This document shows, one piece after another, positions 60,982 to 64,000 of a stretch of DNA of 64,000 nucleotides. Position 1 is the first letter of the stretch, and each line of letters opens with the position of its first letter. Both the position numbers and the translations under genes were made by a program. Below the pieces are notes generated by a model that was not told where the DNA came from, searched no databases, and saw only the letters and a program-made list of their open reading frames with translations. The stretch is from positions 66,943-130,942 of the forward strand of contig JAUCBJ010003333.1 in NCBI GenBank assembly GCA_032718475.1, given 5' to 3'. The stretch comes from Nemertoderma westbladi. Its lineage: Eukaryota > Animalia > Xenacoelomorpha.

Positions 60982-61320
60982 TATTACTACTACTACTAGG
61001 TCGAGCGAACTGGGATAGTGGAAATGAGATCCTTCCAGGCTTCCCGATTCTCCATTGTCGCAATTTCGCTTCTCCCAAGTTCAGTATCCCTTTTAAGTTG
61101 ATCTATATATGTTATGGCCGGTCGGCCACGACTACGCTTTCCATGAGTTGGTCGCCAGAAAAATAGATCTGGTATGACCTCGTCTTTAATAAAAGCACGG
61201 CGTTTGTCATGTGTTGTCTCCAGGTGATATTTAGGGCTGCCCTCAGGAGTCTTGTGTAGTAACCATCAAATCGTTGTTCAAGTGATTTAGTCAGTGTCCA
61301 GGTCTCACCCCCGTTTAAAA
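60982..61320 (-). mobile_element. RTE 3' fragment
   Basis: GETWTLTKSLEQRFDGYYTRLLRAALNITWRQHMTN; (TAG)n tail. Confidence 0.85.
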
Positions 61321-61404
61321 AAGTTTAGTTTAGTTTAGTTTATATAATTTCGTAAAATAATATACAAAATAATATAAACCTTTATTAATGATTATAATAT
61401 AGTT

Positions 61405-64000
61405 TGTAAAAGCTTTTGTGGGATAACTGATACGTTTGCCTTTGCTGGCCAGTTCCCCCCCAGGCGCTGGAATACTCTAAAAAAGGTTTTCTAACTGTAT
61501 ATATATTCCCCTCGCCCGCAAGGTACCTTTACAGGTGTTTTAACGGACATAAAAGTAATTCTGCTATATACGTGTTTTAGTGGACATGGTAAGACAAAAA
61601 ACTTGTAATGCACTAACTACCTTTCACAGCTTAGCCGTGATGATTCATATTACGACATCTAGCAGCTGGTTGCTGGCATGGAAACAGCCATTGGACGCGT
61701 GGTTCTTTGTTTGGCTTGGGCCAATCAGGGCGGTTTTTCCTGTCGACGTGTAGCTTTTCTGCCGATCATAAGGAGAGTGTTCAGTCTTACTGTTTTTTCT
61801 TGATACTTTGTTGTTATTGCTGTCTAAGCCAGAAACACCGGCATTTTTGGATAGATACTGCTGTACCGTAAACTGCTTGAATTATCGAAAGTATAAACTG
61901 TTACCGAATCGAACTGACTTAAATCACTCATCTCACCTTAATACTTTTAATTACATTAATCATATTGTTTGTACTGTTATTTTACCGTCAGTTATTAATT
62001 GTAAATATTTGTTGATGGAAATATTGCTATTTGGATAATACGGATAAATCACCCAATTCCCAATTTTCTTGATAACACTACAGGTTAGAGAGACCGGCTA
62101 TATATAACAATTGCGATTTATATTAATGTGGTGTGTATTGAATCCAATGTTATTTAGCAGACCCTACGTGAGTCAATTACTGCTCTCTTTATGTGTGATC
62201 AAATGTACTGACTGTCGGCAGAATAGTGTGTATGATTGTGATTGGTAACAAAGTATTTCCTAAAGAATACGTTTTATACTTTAATCACAAGCAGTATCGT
62301 TGCGTTTTAGTATAAGTCCTAGCTCTGTTTAAATAGATAAAGCGCCACGTCCTAAAGGAACTGTTAATATTTCCCGAAAGCCAATAATATCTGTCAGAGA
62401 TTAATTATTAACGATCTATCGAATAATACATTAGGTATACACTGCAACCTTACACTGTAATAATACAATTCAAGCATCCGAATTCAGTCTCCCGGGTGTA
62501 GATCCATCGGGTGAATGATCGCGCATGGGCTGATTTCGGCTAATGTTTTGCGTATTAGCATAAATTATTGTCGTATGCTAAAGTGGTTTTAATTAACTAA
62601 AAGACATATAAAATTTGGCAGGTTAAACTGCTAAAGGTCTTCGAAAGCGCGAACAGTAACAGTTTATACTGTATTGCAGTGTAAGCATTAAATACAGTTT
62701 AATACTGTTCTGTCGAACAGTAACAGTTTATACTGTATTGCAGTGTAAGCATTAAATACAGTTTAATACTGTTCTGTCGAACAGTAACAGTTTATAATCT
62801 TATTGCAGTAAGCAATAAGGTTGCAAGTGTAGGCATTAAATACAGTAAAATACTGTTCTGTCGAACAGTAACAGTTTACAATCTTATTGCAGTAGGCAAT
62901 AAGGTTGCAAAATACCGTAGTGACCGGTAAAACTGAACCGGTACTTTGTAGGTCAGTAGGCCTAACTGTCATCACCGGTACCGGTACTGCTGTACAAGTA
63001 CATTTAGTATTATTCGATTTTGATTATTGTATACCGGTAGGCTGTTTAAGAGATTAGGGACTGTACACCCCTTGTTTCTTTTGGAGCTTACTTATTTCTG
63101 TCAGTTTTATTTCCTAGTAAGTTAATATTGAGCTGAAGACGTGTAAGTCTGCTCAGATTGTTCAGATAATTGTAGGCTGAGCTGCTGTCTGACTGTGGTT
63201 GGGTTTGGAGAGATTACGGCGTGTGTAGAGTTTGTCTGATAAAGTGCCGTTAGTAAGTTGGGGCAGTCATAACTGTAAGGTCAATCCCCTCTTAAAGAGT
63301 AAGTCGTACTACCGTGTTAGCACGCATACTAACTAACAGTTTCAGAGTCTGCATATACTGTAGTTTATTTAGGCTTGATCGTGGTCTGCCAGTGTTTTTA
63401 GCCTGTGTTTGTTTGTGTGGTCTGTTCAGGTACCGTAATAGTTATTACTCAAATATTTGTAGGCTGGATTGTTGTCTAGCTATTTTTGGGTCTGAAGGGA
63501 TTGCTGCGTGTGTAGAGTTGGTCTGATCAAGTGCCGTTAGTAAGTTGGGGCAGTCATAACTGTAAGGTCAATCCCCTCTTAAAGAGTAAGTCGTACTACC
63601 GTGTTAGCACGCATACTAACTAACAGTTTCAGAATCTGCACATACAGTAGTTTGTTTAGGCTTGATAGTAGTCTGCCAGCGTTTGGTTTGTATTTGTTTG
63701 AGTATTCTGTACGGGTAGCGTAATATTTATTATTCAGAGTTTATGCGATTATTCGCAACATTCATGTCCCCAAGTTTATTCCTACAGTAATTGTGCTTGT
63801 TATACATACCGTTATAGTTAAACTAACCCCGGTACTACATCAGGGCTGCTTGGCGTAGGTAAAGACTGACGACTTTGTGCTTCGGTCACTCCAGCAGATG
63901 CCGTGGTTCTTTTAACTGTTCAAGTATATTTAACTACTGATTATTTGTTATACCGGTACTTGTACCTAATTTAGGGTTTAGAGTACAGTGCCTTCCGAAG
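61405..64000 (+). mobile_element. Second BEL/Pao copy: 5' LTR (61405-62606), PBS-like motif (62616-62640) and leader; continues beyond the window
   Basis: Inverted homology to 19631-20783 and to ~15040-15720. Confidence 0.88.
62650..62900 (+). repeat. ~62-bp tandem repeats in the BEL copy 2 leader
   Basis: GAACAGTAACAGTTTA..TATTGCAGT..GCATTAAATACAGT..AATACTGTTCTGTC about 4 times. Confidence 0.85.

Overview
AT-rich, transposon-dense eukaryotic (invertebrate animal-like) DNA with four main components. (1) A decayed BEL/Pao LTR retrotransposon on the minus strand (5' LTR ~19664-20783, gag-pol 13971->5360). Downstream of its integrase lie a 660-aa orphan ORF and a disrupted DEDDy-type 3'-5' exonuclease + CCHC-knuckle ORF. 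Its 5' leader holds nested insertions, the innermost a tandem array of tRNA-promoter + hammerhead-ribozyme units. (2) A full-length 18.7-kb Maverick/Polinton (26523-45261; AGTAGT ends, ~600-bp TIRs, 6-bp TSD AACATG) with ATPase, integrase, two minor capsid genes, major capsid, adenain protease and pPolB. It also carries accessory TBP-like, PC4-like, RING and nuclease-like genes and a ~300-nt fold-back. (3) A two-exon host gene (60795->49326) encoding a caspase catalytic domain fused directly to an Apaf-1-type NB-ARC/helical/WD40 body, with one frameshift and a 41-bp satellite in its 7-kb intron. (4) The 5' LTR and leader of a second copy of the BEL family at the right edge. RTE, L1/Tx1, SINE and MITE fragments are scattered throughout. 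All domain calls are by-eye motif recognition; no database searches were run.
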